From: Methylovirgula sp. 4M-Z18
Lineage (GTDB): Bacteria; Pseudomonadota; Alphaproteobacteria; Rhizobiales; Beijerinckiaceae
DNA length: 64,000 bases
Assembly (NCBI RefSeq): GCF_037890675.1
Contig: NZ_CP149574.1
Location: forward strand, 2,268,874 to 2,332,873
Direction of reading: 5' to 3'
Shown here: one piece after another, positions 22,329 through 31,000 of the stretch
Numbering within the stretch: position 1 is the stretch's first letter
Layout of the letters: every line of letters begins with the position of its first letter
Made by a program: the position numbers and the translations under genes
The notes under the pieces: model-generated
What the model saw: the letters and a program-made list of their open reading frames with translations, nothing else
Told to the model about the DNA's origin: nothing
Databases searched by the model: none

Positions 22329-22886
22329 ATGGCCAGGATCATCTATTCCATGCTGACGTCTCTGGACGGCTATATCGCCGGGCCGGACGGTGCAATCGCC
22401 CTCCCCGTGCCGGAGGAAGCGTTGCACTGGCAATTCAACGACATGATGAAACGCACAGCCATCGCGCTCTGCGGCCGCAGGATGTACGAGACAATGCGCT
22501 TCTGGGATAGCCCCGAGCGCGAGACAGGCGTGACAGCGGTGGAAAGGGATTTCGCCCATGCCTGGCGCGAGACGCCGAAGATCGTATTCTCCACGACGCT
22601 GCGGGAGGTAGGACCAAATGCCCGGCTGGTGACCGGCGATGTGGTGAAAATGGTGGCGGATCTCAAAGCGGACATCTCCGGCGAGATCACCGTCGCCGGC
22701 GCCAACCTGGCCGCGCATCTCGCGCGATCCGGCCTCATCGACGAATACCGGCTCTACGTGCACCCGGTCCTCCTCGGCGGCGGCACGCCCTATTTCCAAT
22801 CCGGACTGGCACTGACTTTGAAGCCGCTTGGAACAGAGAGTCTGACGCAAGGCGTCACGTTGCTGCGCTATGCGCCTGGCGGTTAA
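22329..22886 (+). CDS. Dihydrofolate reductase-family protein (RibD C-terminal domain-like)
   Basis: MARIIYSMLTSLDGYIAGPDG...ITVAGANLAAHL pattern. Preceded by the RBS ggaggctgcaATG. Confidence 0.7.
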   Translation: MARIIYSMLTSLDGYIAGPDGAIALPVPEEALHWQFNDMMKRTAIALCGRRMYETMRFWDSPERETGVTAVERDFAHAWRETPKIVFSTTLREVGPNARLVTGDVVKMVADLKADISGEITVAGANLAAHLARSGLIDEYRLYVHPVLLGGGTPYFQSGLALTLKPLGTESLTQGVTLLRYAPGG

Positions 22887-23191
22887 GCCGCGGCTGCATC
22901 GGGCCGCCGCTTGCGCGGAGAATCACCGCCGGGAAAATCCTCCCGAAAATCTCGTAGACAAGCGCGTCTCCTTGAGATAGAACAAAACATAAACGATGTT
23001 TGAAAAGATGAAAAAGGCGTCTCTTGCGGCGCGAGCCGGAGCGGTCTTGCGCGAGCCTGCACGGTCGAGAAGCCCTCTGGGCAAAAAAAAATTGAAATCA
23101 AACTAATAGAGCGTATTCGTATTATATATCAATGTTTTACCGCGCGCCTGCGCGCTTCCGGAGCGGTTCACCCCTGCCGGAGCGCAGCTCT

Positions 23192-23572
23192 TTACGCCTC
23201 GCCGATATAGTTGCGGACGGTTTCTAGGAACTTCACCACGGAGATCGGCTTCGACAGATAGGCCTCGCACCCGCCCTCGCGAATCTTCTCCTCGTCCCCC
23301 TTCATCGCGAAAGCGGTAATCGCGACGACTGGAATGCTGCGCAAATTGGCATCGGCCTTCAGCCAGCGCGTGACCTCGAGGCCGGAAACTTCGGGAAGCT
23401 GAATGTCCATGAGAATGAGGTCCGGCCGGTTGCTGCGCACGATATCGAGCACTTCGCGGCCGTCGCGGGTCTGGATCGTCTCGTATTTGTGCGCTTCGAG
23501 AAGATCGTTGAACAGCTTCATGTTCAGCTCATTGTCCTCGACGATCAGCACCTTTTTCGCCATCTCATCCAT
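23192..23572 (-). CDS. divK: Single-domain CheY-like response regulator, DivK ortholog
   Basis: [33 protein letters not shown]...[24 protein letters not shown]...[29 protein letters not shown]. From memory this is near-identical in motif pattern to Caulobacter DivK. Confidence 0.8.
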   Translation of the reverse strand: MDEMAKKVLIVEDNELNMKLFNDLLEAHKYETIQTRDGREVLDIVRSNRPDLILMDIQLPEVSGLEVTRWLKADANLRSIPVVAITAFAMKGDEEKIREGGCEAYLSKPISVVKFLETVRNYIGEA

Positions 23573-23683
23573 CCGCGCTTGCGCACCGCCGCCACTCGGC
23601 AGATTGCACCCTGCCCGAGAGGTATTAAGATCCTGCCAATTTTGGCAAGCGGCCAGGATAGCTTGGGGGCGCGATGAGGCTCA

Positions 23684-23995
23684 ATGATGAAAAGCAAACA
23701 GGCCAGCAGTGAGAGCGCCCGCCGCGAGGCAGCCGAGAACCTAGCCATCGCGGCGCTGAGCTTTCTGGCGGGCGATCCCGAGCAGCTTGGGCGCTTTGCC
23801 ACGCTCGCCGGGCTCGACCTGGCAAACCTGCGGCAGGTCGCGCGGCAGCCCGGTTTCCTGGCCGCCGTTCTCGACCATGTCACCGCCGACCAGGCCTTGG
23901 GCGAAGCCTGCGCCGCCGCATTGCACACCAGCCTCGCGGCGCTGGACCGGGCGCGGCAGGTTCTGGCCGGACCGGCCCACTGGGATTCGACATGA
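23684..23995 (+). CDS. DUF3572-family protein
   Basis: 103 aa (...AIAALSFLAGDPEQLGRFATLAGLD...), a conserved alphaproteobacterial pattern. Its stop overlaps the dinB start. Confidence 0.6.
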   Translation: MMKSKQASSESARREAAENLAIAALSFLAGDPEQLGRFATLAGLDLANLRQVARQPGFLAAVLDHVTADQALGEACAAALHTSLAALDRARQVLAGPAHWDST

Positions 23996-25300
23996 ATGGG
24001 CGCGGCTGATCCCTCACATTTATTTCTATGCCGGGATTGCCTCACGGATTCGCGCGCGGCGAGCCTGACGCGCTGCCCCAATTGCGGTTCGCCGCGCCTG
24101 CTCTCCCACCCCGAACGCGACCAGCTCACCATCGCCCATATCGATTGCGACGCCTTTTACGCGACGATCGAGAAGCGGGACAACCCGGGCTTACGCGACA
24201 AGCCCGTGATCGTCGGCGGCGGCAAACGCGGGGTCGTGTCGACCTGCTGCTACATCGCCCGTACCTATGGCGTGCGCTCGGCCATGCCGATGTTCAAGGC
24301 GCTGCAGGCCTGCCCGCAGGCCATCGTCATTCCGCCCGACATGGCGAAATACGCCCGCGTCGGCCGCGAGGTGCGGCGCCTGATGCTGGACCTGACGCCG
24401 CTCGTGGAGCCGCTCTCCATCGACGAGGCTTTCCTCGACCTGTCTGGGACGGAAAAGCTGCACCATGGCAGTCCCGCCGTGACCCTGGCCCGGTTTGCCA
24501 AGCACGTCGAGGCGAATATCGGGATTTCGATTTCGATCGGCTTGAGCGACTGCAAGTTCCTCGCCAAGATCGCCAGCGACATCGATAAGCCACGCGGCTT
24601 TGCCGTGATCGGCCGCGCGGAGGCCCCCGGCTTTCTCGCGGCGCAGCCGGTCGGCCTCATTTGGGGTGTGGGGCGTGCCATGCAGGAGCGCCTGGGCAAG
24701 GACGGCATTCGCACGATCGCTGACCTACTTCCCTTCAATGAAACCGACTTGTTCCGCCGCTACGGCAGCGAAGGCGGCCGCCTCTACCGGCTCGCGCGCG
24801 GCATCGACAAGCGCCGCGTTTCGCCCGAACGCGAGACGAAAAGCGTCTCCGCCGAGACGACCTTCTTCGAAGACATTTCGGATGGGCAGGAACTGCGCCG
24901 CATCCTGTTCCAGCTCAGCGAACGCGTCGCCAAGCGCCTGCGCGCGCAAGGCTTCTCCGGGCGCACCGTGACGCTGAAACTGAAGACTGCCGATTTCAAG
25001 CTCCGCACCCGCGCACGCACCCTGCCCCACCCGACCCAACTTGCGGGGCGGATTTTCGAAGCCGGCGACGCGCTGCTCGCTTTGGAGACCGGCGCGACGC
25101 GCTTTCGGCTGATCGGGATCGGTCTGTCGGATCTCGGCGATCCGGCCTTGGCCGACCAAGGCGATCTGGTCGATACCAATGTTGCGCGCGAAAAGGCGAC
25201 GGAAAGCGCCGTCAACAAATTGCGCGAAAAATTCGGCGATGGCGCGATCGTCAAAGGCATTGTTTTTCATGGGGCTGGCCCCAGAAAAAATGGTTCGTGA
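23996..25300 (+). CDS. dinB: DNA polymerase IV (Y-family) with an N-terminal CxxC-X11-CxxC zinc-ribbon extension
   Basis: Core [19 protein letters not shown]...[11 protein letters not shown]. It is preceded by about 45 aa containing CRDCL...CPNCGSP, with no alternative start codon near the core. Confidence 0.88.
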   Translation: MGAADPSHLFLCRDCLTDSRAASLTRCPNCGSPRLLSHPERDQLTIAHIDCDAFYATIEKRDNPGLRDKPVIVGGGKRGVVSTCCYIARTYGVRSAMPMFKALQACPQAIVIPPDMAKYARVGREVRRLMLDLTPLVEPLSIDEAFLDLSGTEKLHHGSPAVTLARFAKHVEANIGISISIGLSDCKFLAKIASDIDKPRGFAVIGRAEAPGFLAAQPVGLIWGVGRAMQERLGKDGIRTIADLLPFNETDLFRRYGSEGGRLYRLARGIDKRRVSPERETKSVSAETTFFEDISDGQELRRILFQLSERVAKRLRAQGFSGRTVTLKLKTADFKLRTRARTLPHPTQLAGRIFEAGDALLALETGATRFRLIGIGLSDLGDPALADQGDLVDTNVAREKATESAVNKLREKFGDGAIVKGIVFHGAGPRKNGS

Positions 25301-25330
25301 CGCAATTCGAAAATGGAAAGAAACGCAGCA

Positions 25331-26233
25331 ATGGCCCTTCCGGCTCCCATTGGTTTTGTCGGCCTCGGCTCGATGGGCGAACCGATGGCCCTCAACCTTG
25401 CAAAAGCGGGAACGCACCTGCTGGTCTGGAATCGGACGCCGGCGAAGAGCCGGATCTTGGCCGAGGCAGGCACGCAGATCGCGGCAACGAGCAATGATGT
25501 CTTCGCGCAATGCGAGATCGTCATCCTCATGCTGGCCACCGAAGCGGTGATCGACACGGTCCTTTGCCGTGGCACGCCGAAATTCGCGCAACTGGTCGCG
25601 GGGCGCACTTTGGTCAACATGGCGACGGTGCCACCCGACTATGCGAAGGCCCTCGGCGGCGACATCCGCGCTGCCGGCGGCGCCTATGTGGAGGCGCCGG
25701 TCTCCGGCTCGCGCAAACCGGCGGAGGCGGGCCAACTCGTGGCGATGCTCGCCGGCGAGGCCGATGAGATCGCAGCGATCCGGCCGCTGCTCGCGCCGAT
25801 GTGCCGGGAAACCTTTGTCTGCGGCGCGGTGCCGGGCGCGCTGATGATGAAACTGGCGGTCAATCTGTTTCTTATCACCATGGTCACCGGGCTCGCCGAG
25901 GCGGCACATTTTGCGCAGCAACAGGGGCTTAACCTCGACCTCTTCATGTCGGTTCTGAACGCTGGACCGATGGCGAGCGATGTCTCGCGCGTCAAGCTCG
26001 CCAAGCTCGTCACGCGGGATTTCGCCCGGCAGGCCTCGATCGACGACGTGTTGAAGAATAATCGCTTTGTTGTCGAAGCGGCGCACCGCGCCGGGATCGC
26101 CTCGCCGCTGATCGATGCGTGCTACAGGCTCTATGGGAGAACGCAATCGCTCGGGTTTGGCGAGGAGGACATGGCCGCCGTCATCCGCGCCTTCGAAGAC
26201 CTGACTGACGGTCAAACGCTGGGGCGGGACTAG
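25331..26233 (+). CDS. NAD(P)-dependent oxidoreductase (3-hydroxyisobutyrate/6-phosphogluconate dehydrogenase-like family)
   Basis: GFVGLGSMGEPMALNL Rossmann motif and a C-terminal dimerisation domain. Confidence 0.8.
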   Translation: MALPAPIGFVGLGSMGEPMALNLAKAGTHLLVWNRTPAKSRILAEAGTQIAATSNDVFAQCEIVILMLATEAVIDTVLCRGTPKFAQLVAGRTLVNMATVPPDYAKALGGDIRAAGGAYVEAPVSGSRKPAEAGQLVAMLAGEADEIAAIRPLLAPMCRETFVCGAVPGALMMKLAVNLFLITMVTGLAEAAHFAQQQGLNLDLFMSVLNAGPMASDVSRVKLAKLVTRDFARQASIDDVLKNNRFVVEAAHRAGIASPLIDACYRLYGRTQSLGFGEEDMAAVIRAFEDLTDGQTLGRD

Positions 26234-26236
26234 GCT

Positions 26237-26578
26237 TCACATCTCCCGCCCGTCTTCGACGAAGGCTTGCAGCCGCATCAGCGCCTCCTCCCATTGCCGC
26301 GATACCTCGTCGAGATATTGGCGCGCGTCGGCAATAGTCTCAGTTTGCAACGCGAACCGGCTCTCCCGCCCCTCGCGGATCGAGCGCACGAGGCCGGCAT
26401 TCTCCAGCACGCGCAGGTGTTTGGTCATCGCCTGCCGGGTCCGGTCGGTGCCTTCGGTCAGCCGGGTGATCGAGAGTGGCTCGCTCCGACTCAGCCTATT
26501 GATCACCGACAGGCGGACGGGATCGCCCAGCGCGGCAAACACATCGGCATGGTTGAGCGCGCCCATGTCAGGCCTCAA
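26237..26578 (-). CDS. ArsR/SmtB-family transcriptional regulator
   Basis: VFAALGDPVRLSVINRL...ITRLTEG...TKHLRVLENAGLV winged HTH. Confidence 0.85.
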   Translation of the reverse strand: MRPDMGALNHADVFAALGDPVRLSVINRLSRSEPLSITRLTEGTDRTRQAMTKHLRVLENAGLVRSIREGRESRFALQTETIADARQYLDEVSRQWEEALMRLQAFVEDGREM

Positions 26579-27020
26579 GGTATTTGGCGATGTTCTCCAT
26601 CTGGATGGCCCAACCGCCCTCGTTCATGCGGAACGCCTCGGCGCGCCGGTCGGGGGGCAATTTGTCGAAACCCGATTCAACCACGCGCAGCAATGTGCCC
26701 CTGGCCGACTTTTCAAGGGTGAACTCGACCAACGTCGGCACTTCGGCGGAATAATCCTTGGCCGGGTCGACCGCGTAAGGATGCCAATGAAACGAGAAAT
26801 GGGCCTCCGGCTCGATGGCGCGCACCTTCACCTCAAAGCGCAGGTGCTCGTAGCCGGGATAGGTGATGTTTCCGGACGTCGCCTGCCCGGCGACGAAGGG
26901 ACCGTCGAGCCGCACCCGGAACCAGGCACCGAATTCTCTATAATCGGTCAAGGCGCGCCAGACCCGGGATTGAGGCGCGGCAAGGTCGATTTGCGTTTCG
27001 ATCGAATTGGACATAAGCAA
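26568..27020 (-). CDS. SRPBCC (AHSA1/activator of Hsp90 ATPase-like) domain protein
   Basis: Typical ArsR-SRPBCC operon partner. The upstream RBS is aggagg. Confidence 0.75.
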   Translation of the reverse strand: MLMSNSIETQIDLAAPQSRVWRALTDYREFGAWFRVRLDGPFVAGQATSGNITYPGYEHLRFEVKVRAIEPEAHFSFHWHPYAVDPAKDYSAEVPTLVEFTLEKSARGTLLRVVESGFDKLPPDRRAEAFRMNEGGWAIQMENIAKYLEA

Positions 27021-27547
27021 CCTCCTGGTTGCGCGTCTCTATAGGCTGGACATATGATATACGCAACCAAAAAGTTGCGTTTCGAAGTATCGCGCCTCCC
27101 CCCCGCGGAGTTGTGGCGGACATTCGCCCTAGGCGGCATCATTGATGATAAAGAGCGTCGAGACCTCATGCGACCAAAATCCACACCAGGTTGACACAAA
27201 ATACAATCAATAAGACAATGCCATTGCTTCGGAATGCGCAAGCCCCCTCCCTGTCCGCCTATGTTCCGGGGCCATTACTTAAGCCCTTTTCTTTAGGGAG
27301 GCATCAGCGTCCCTCATAACCCTTTTTTCGCTCGGCGACGATGCCACCAATGGGTTTGATGTCAGCATTGAGCGCCTGAGCACGCAGAAAAGTTTGACAC
27401 CCCGCGCATCTGTGATAGTGTTAACATTGTGGTCAGTTTGTGTCTACTGTCGAAGCCGCCTTCTTCAAAAATGCGGAAGCAGTCTGAACCGCGAAGAACG
27501 CTAATTTAATCTGTTTGGAGTTAACTCCCTGAAAAATGGGGGCACCT

Positions 27548-27952
27548 ATGAACGATTTGGATATTCTGAGCAATTTGGATATTCAGGTTTTACGGGTCTT
27601 CGCGGCGCTGTTACACGCGCAGCCGCGAACGGTCGACTTGGGCGTCGAGCAAACCCATAGGATCAAGCCGAGCCGCGTTGACCCGAACTTCGATGACGCC
27701 TTCAAAAAATCCTCGGCGACACTCACCTGTCTTTATCAGCACGGTTTGATTTCCGGAAAACTCCAGGGACCACGCAATGAGGGTGGTGCAGTGATCCTGG
27801 GCGGGCATCTCACGACGCGCGCCTACGCCGTCACGCTGCGGCGCTATCGAGGAACGCCTCACACCCTTGGCGATGCCATTCGGGCTTCTGTGGCCTCGGG
27901 TAATGAAGGGGACATGTTCGAAGTCGGCAGAATGCTCGTCGATGCGCTGTGA
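27548..27952 (+). CDS. Hypothetical protein in a low-GC tract
   Basis: 134-aa ORF with a GGGGG Shine-Dalgarno 8 nt upstream and a TTGACA-type promoter at 27396. No family recognised. Confidence 0.4.
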   Translation: MNDLDILSNLDIQVLRVFAALLHAQPRTVDLGVEQTHRIKPSRVDPNFDDAFKKSSATLTCLYQHGLISGKLQGPRNEGGAVILGGHLTTRAYAVTLRRYRGTPHTLGDAIRASVASGNEGDMFEVGRMLVDAL

Positions 27953-28151
27953 TCAGCGCTGCGAAATGCGGCTAGCCAACCATGAGTCGGCTGGGCTTCT
28001 CCCGCTTCCGCCTACCACGTCCCGCTTCATCTTACCTTGGACGACAAATTTTCCTCCTCATTTTCTTTAGACGCTGTCGGCATTTGAGCTTCGCCGATGG
28101 CCTTTTTTTGCCCCGCTTTCAACACCGCAAAGACGCATTCAAACCACATTG

Positions 28152-28180
28152 TTGACACAATTAGGCGACCGTGCCATATT
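28152..28180 (+). promoter_or_regulatory. Near-consensus sigma70 promoter (TTGACA-17-CATATT)
   Basis: TTGACA at 28152-28157, 17-bp spacer, CATATT at 28175-28180. Drives a short transcript that ends at the 28267-28311 terminator. Confidence 0.4.
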
Positions 28181-28187
28181 GTGTGCG

Positions 28188-28311
28188 TCTTGGAATACAA
28201 GACTATTCTCCGTGCGTCATTCCGAACTGCGAGGCATTTCTTGTAACCCTTTTCCTGACGAACCCCGGGGGTCGCCAGTTTCAGCCGACTGGTGACCCCT
28301 TTTTCTTTTTA
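28188..28311 (+). ncRNA. Candidate small RNA of about 124 nt (promoter-to-terminator unit)
   Basis: Bounded by the promoter above and an intrinsic terminator (ggggtcgccagt/actggtgacccc plus tttttcttttt). The 5' hairpin gtcttggaatacaagac is present. No credible ORF. Confidence 0.3.
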
Positions 28312-28446
28312 ACGCAGACTTAAGCACCCACTTACACACTATATTGACACACAACATCAGCAATAGCGTGGTGAGGCCGGCTTGGAATGTATGGCTTCCC
28401 CAAAGCACTATGTTCCCCAGTCAACAGAACACTTCACTTCCTTTTC

Positions 28447-28486
28447 TTTTGGGAGAGTCGTCAGCTTAAGCTCGCTGATGACCCAT
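28447..28486 (+). terminator. Intrinsic terminator-like hairpin plus an interrupted T-tract
   Basis: gtcgtcagc/gctgatgac stem with one G-U pair, followed by ccattttctttt. Confidence 0.35.
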
Positions 28487-29377
28487 TTTCTTTTGGCGCG
28501 ACCCGCGCCTTCCGCCGCCTACCGCGCCCCCACCGCCCGCCTGAGGATGCCTCGCGCTGGTCCGCACAGTCGCGCGATGGGAACCGGATCAAGGCAGTCG
28601 CATTTGAAAATGGTGCGATCCAAAGTTGGCAACCCGCGCTAGCCCGTCGAAGCTAGGTTGAAACGAGGTGATCCTTGAGAATTCTGGTTGGCGAAACCCG
28701 ATTGCCGACCACCCGGGCCACGTCGAACCGCTCCAATGTCAGCCCAGACTTCCGTGTAAGATCTTGAATAGTAACATATATTCTCTCTATCAGTTCGCTC
28801 CCAAAAATGGTTCATGTGCTTACCAATCGGTCTCGCACGGGTCCCACCGCCAGCCTTGGAAAAGACTCGTGCGCCGCCCAGATTTGCTCCCTTGCGCCAA
28901 TGACCTGTCCTTGACGTCTCCAACCGGACAGTGTGCCCACCGCTTGACACTCATCGAGCCCGCACCCGTCCTCTGACTCAGGCATTTGTCATTTCCGGGC
29001 AAAAGGTGTGTTCACAATATGTTCCTTTTCCAAATTTGTCAAATTCTTCGCCTCTTCGACTCTGGGCGACCGGATTTGAAAATCCAGTGCGAGCTCGGGT
29101 GGCGAGGCCATAAAGAGACCGATTTCTCATTTGGAGGGAGATCTCGAGCAGAATCGAAAGTGCCCCCAATTTGCCGATTTCGTCCATTCTGCCTTCCGGT
29201 TGTGCCGGAATCGTCAACACGTCCAAATGCGACTGCCTTGGGAAACGGATGCAGACGGCCTATGACCCCTATCAGAAACTCTTGAGCGCCAAGAACTGGA
29301 CCTCGGCGGCGAGACCCCGAAGATTGCATCCGCGAGATCACCCTTGAGCAACTCAAGGCAGAATGTCCGGCCCTCGG

Positions 29378-29557
29378 TCAGGCAATCGAGATGATCCCGC
29401 AGCGGGCGGCAATAGCTAAGGCGGCCCAAACCGAGGCGCTGTCAACCAATTCCTCAATCAGCATCCGTGACAGGCACCAAAGCAAGTCGATAACAGCGAC
29501 ACAGCCCAGCACCAGCCAAACGACAACGCCCAGGCGGAGACGATCTCCCTGCCGCAT
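29378..29557 (-). CDS. Candidate 59-aa hydrophobic small membrane peptide
   Basis: MRQGDRLRLGVVVWLVLGCVAVIDLLWCLSRMLIEELVDSASVWAALAIAARCGIISIA. A perfect TATAAT on the minus strand (29623-29628) gives a roughly 57-nt structured 5' UTR. Below the ORF-track cutoff. Confidence 0.3.
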   Translation of the reverse strand: MRQGDRLRLGVVVWLVLGCVAVIDLLWCLSRMLIEELVDSASVWAALAIAARCGIISIA

Positions 29558-29726
29558 CCGCTCGCCGAAGGTTATGCAACCCAGGCATGCAGCATCCCTG
29601 AAGTGTGATATACTTCACAAACGTATTATACTCAGCGGTGTGAAGATGCTCACGGAATGCCTAAAGGTCCCCCTAAAACCGCGGAGCATTCCATTCATGG
29701 CTGAGCCTCGCTCGGGGCTGCCAGGA

Positions 29727-29763
29727 GGGGTCATCGGGCTTGCACCGATGACCCCTTTTTTTC
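29727..29763 (+). terminator. Strong intrinsic terminator
   Basis: Perfect 11-bp stem ggggtcatcgg/ccgatgacccc followed by tttttttc. Plus-strand orientation only. Confidence 0.55.
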
Positions 29764-29972
29764 TGAGCTGTCTCACCGCAAGCGTTAGCTGCACAAGGCG
29801 CAGCCCTAACCCTAGCCAGTACGAGCTTTTGCCAACCCCTTGGATTGAGCTCCGTTCCCCGTCATTACTCTTGAAAATAATCGGGCAATGGCAACAATCT
29901 CGACGTGGATGAGGCCTTCATCCCTATGGTGACTCTCGTATTATGGCGCTTGCGGTTTGACGGGGGGATCAG

Positions 29973-30410
29973 ATGGGGAAAAGGCCAGCCCATATTCTGT
30001 CTTTGATGCTCGTGGCGGCGGACCTCATCGTCGAGATCGGGCTTGGAAGTTGTTCTCCCACACGTGCCCAAAGCGCTGTTCAGATCGCAGCCGGTTCCGC
30101 GCCACCGGAATGTTCTGCAGAGTTTCAGCCCCTCGTGCAGCGCCGGCTAGACATGGTCAACGCGCTTTCTGCGCTGCGGCAGCCGGGCACAGACGATATC
30201 GAAGCAGGGGCGGCCTGCGTTCTTATCCGCCAGTTGGCGGCGATTGACGGTGAGCTGGCCCGTTTTACTACGGCAAATCGGAGAAAGTGCGCGGTCCCCC
30301 GGTCCCTCCTCGATCAAGCTAAGGCCATGCAGACTCTCGACCGCGAATTGGGCCAGCAGGCTTGCGCAAAGGCCGGTTCTGCGACCGGAGAGCCGGCCCC
30401 GTCATTTTGA
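29973..30410 (+). CDS. Hypothetical cysteine-containing secreted protein or lipoprotein
   Basis: 145 aa with an N-terminal hydrophobic segment and a possible lipobox LGSC, then six Cys. No family recognised. Confidence 0.35.
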   Translation: MGKRPAHILSLMLVAADLIVEIGLGSCSPTRAQSAVQIAAGSAPPECSAEFQPLVQRRLDMVNALSALRQPGTDDIEAGAACVLIRQLAAIDGELARFTTANRRKCAVPRSLLDQAKAMQTLDRELGQQACAKAGSATGEPAPSF

Positions 30411-30599
30411 TAACATCGTCTTTGGCATGAGATGGTTCGGCATTTCATCAATCCGCACCAAAGCGAATCGCCGAGGCGCCCTCGCCTATCCTTCCACACA
30501 TTGCCGCACCGCTGCTTTGGTGCACGGCGTGATGTATCAAGGTGTAGCCGAAAAACCCAGGCTATTGATTTTATTGAATATTTTTCGGCGCGAAAACGA

Positions 30600-30673
30600 T
30601 GGCTGGGAAACCTGGATTCGAACCAAGATTAACGGAGTCAGAGTCCGCTGTTCTACCATTGAACTATTTCCCA
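30600..30673 (-). tRNA. tRNA-Gln (anticodon CTG)
   Basis: The 74-nt reverse complement reads TGGGAAATAGTTCAATGGTAGAACAGCGGACTCTGACTCCG...GGTTCGAATCCAGGTTTCCCAGCCA. U1-A72 as in E. coli tRNA-Gln, and anticodon loop CTCTGAC. Confidence 0.88.
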
Positions 30674-31000
30674 CCAGACCGCAGGCCATGCCTTGAACGG
30701 TGGCGTCCGCATCGGTGACGTACAGCGATGTGGAGGCGCTTCATATGACAGGTAACGCGGTTTTGGCAAGCCCTTTTCGTATGAGCCGGCGGCCGCATAT
30801 GAGCGATCGCGGACTTGCACCGATGTCTCGCCTTGCGCGCTGTCCAGAAAAATCTGTGCGCCGCTGCTGCGGCATAGCGCGTCCTTGCCGATTCTTATGG
30901 CAAGATCACACTTGCTGCCTGCTGGCACCGCCCAAAGCGGGCTGGCAGCCCTACTCGGTCTCTCCGGGCAGGTCTTCCGGGATTTGAGGATCCTATATCC

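Noticed and set aside
24725-26215. 496-aa minus-strand ORF
   Set aside because: Antisense to dinB and the NAD-dependent oxidoreductase. Low-complexity R/G/D-rich.
29061-29090. Possible att-like direct repeat of the tRNA-Gln 3' end
   Set aside because: Only about 20 of 28 positions match, with two gaps. The resemblance is dominated by the generic T-arm-like palindrome ggatttgaaaatcc, so an island boundary cannot be called from it.
29391-29912. 173-aa plus-strand ORF
   Set aside because: S/T/P/R-rich, no RBS, and it runs through a strong intrinsic terminator. More likely an untranslated antisense transcript.
27050-30600. CRISPR array or retron in the low-GC tract
   Set aside because: No regularly spaced direct repeats and no reverse-transcriptase or cas ORFs. 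The repeated motifs are promoter and terminator consensus elements of irregular spacing.
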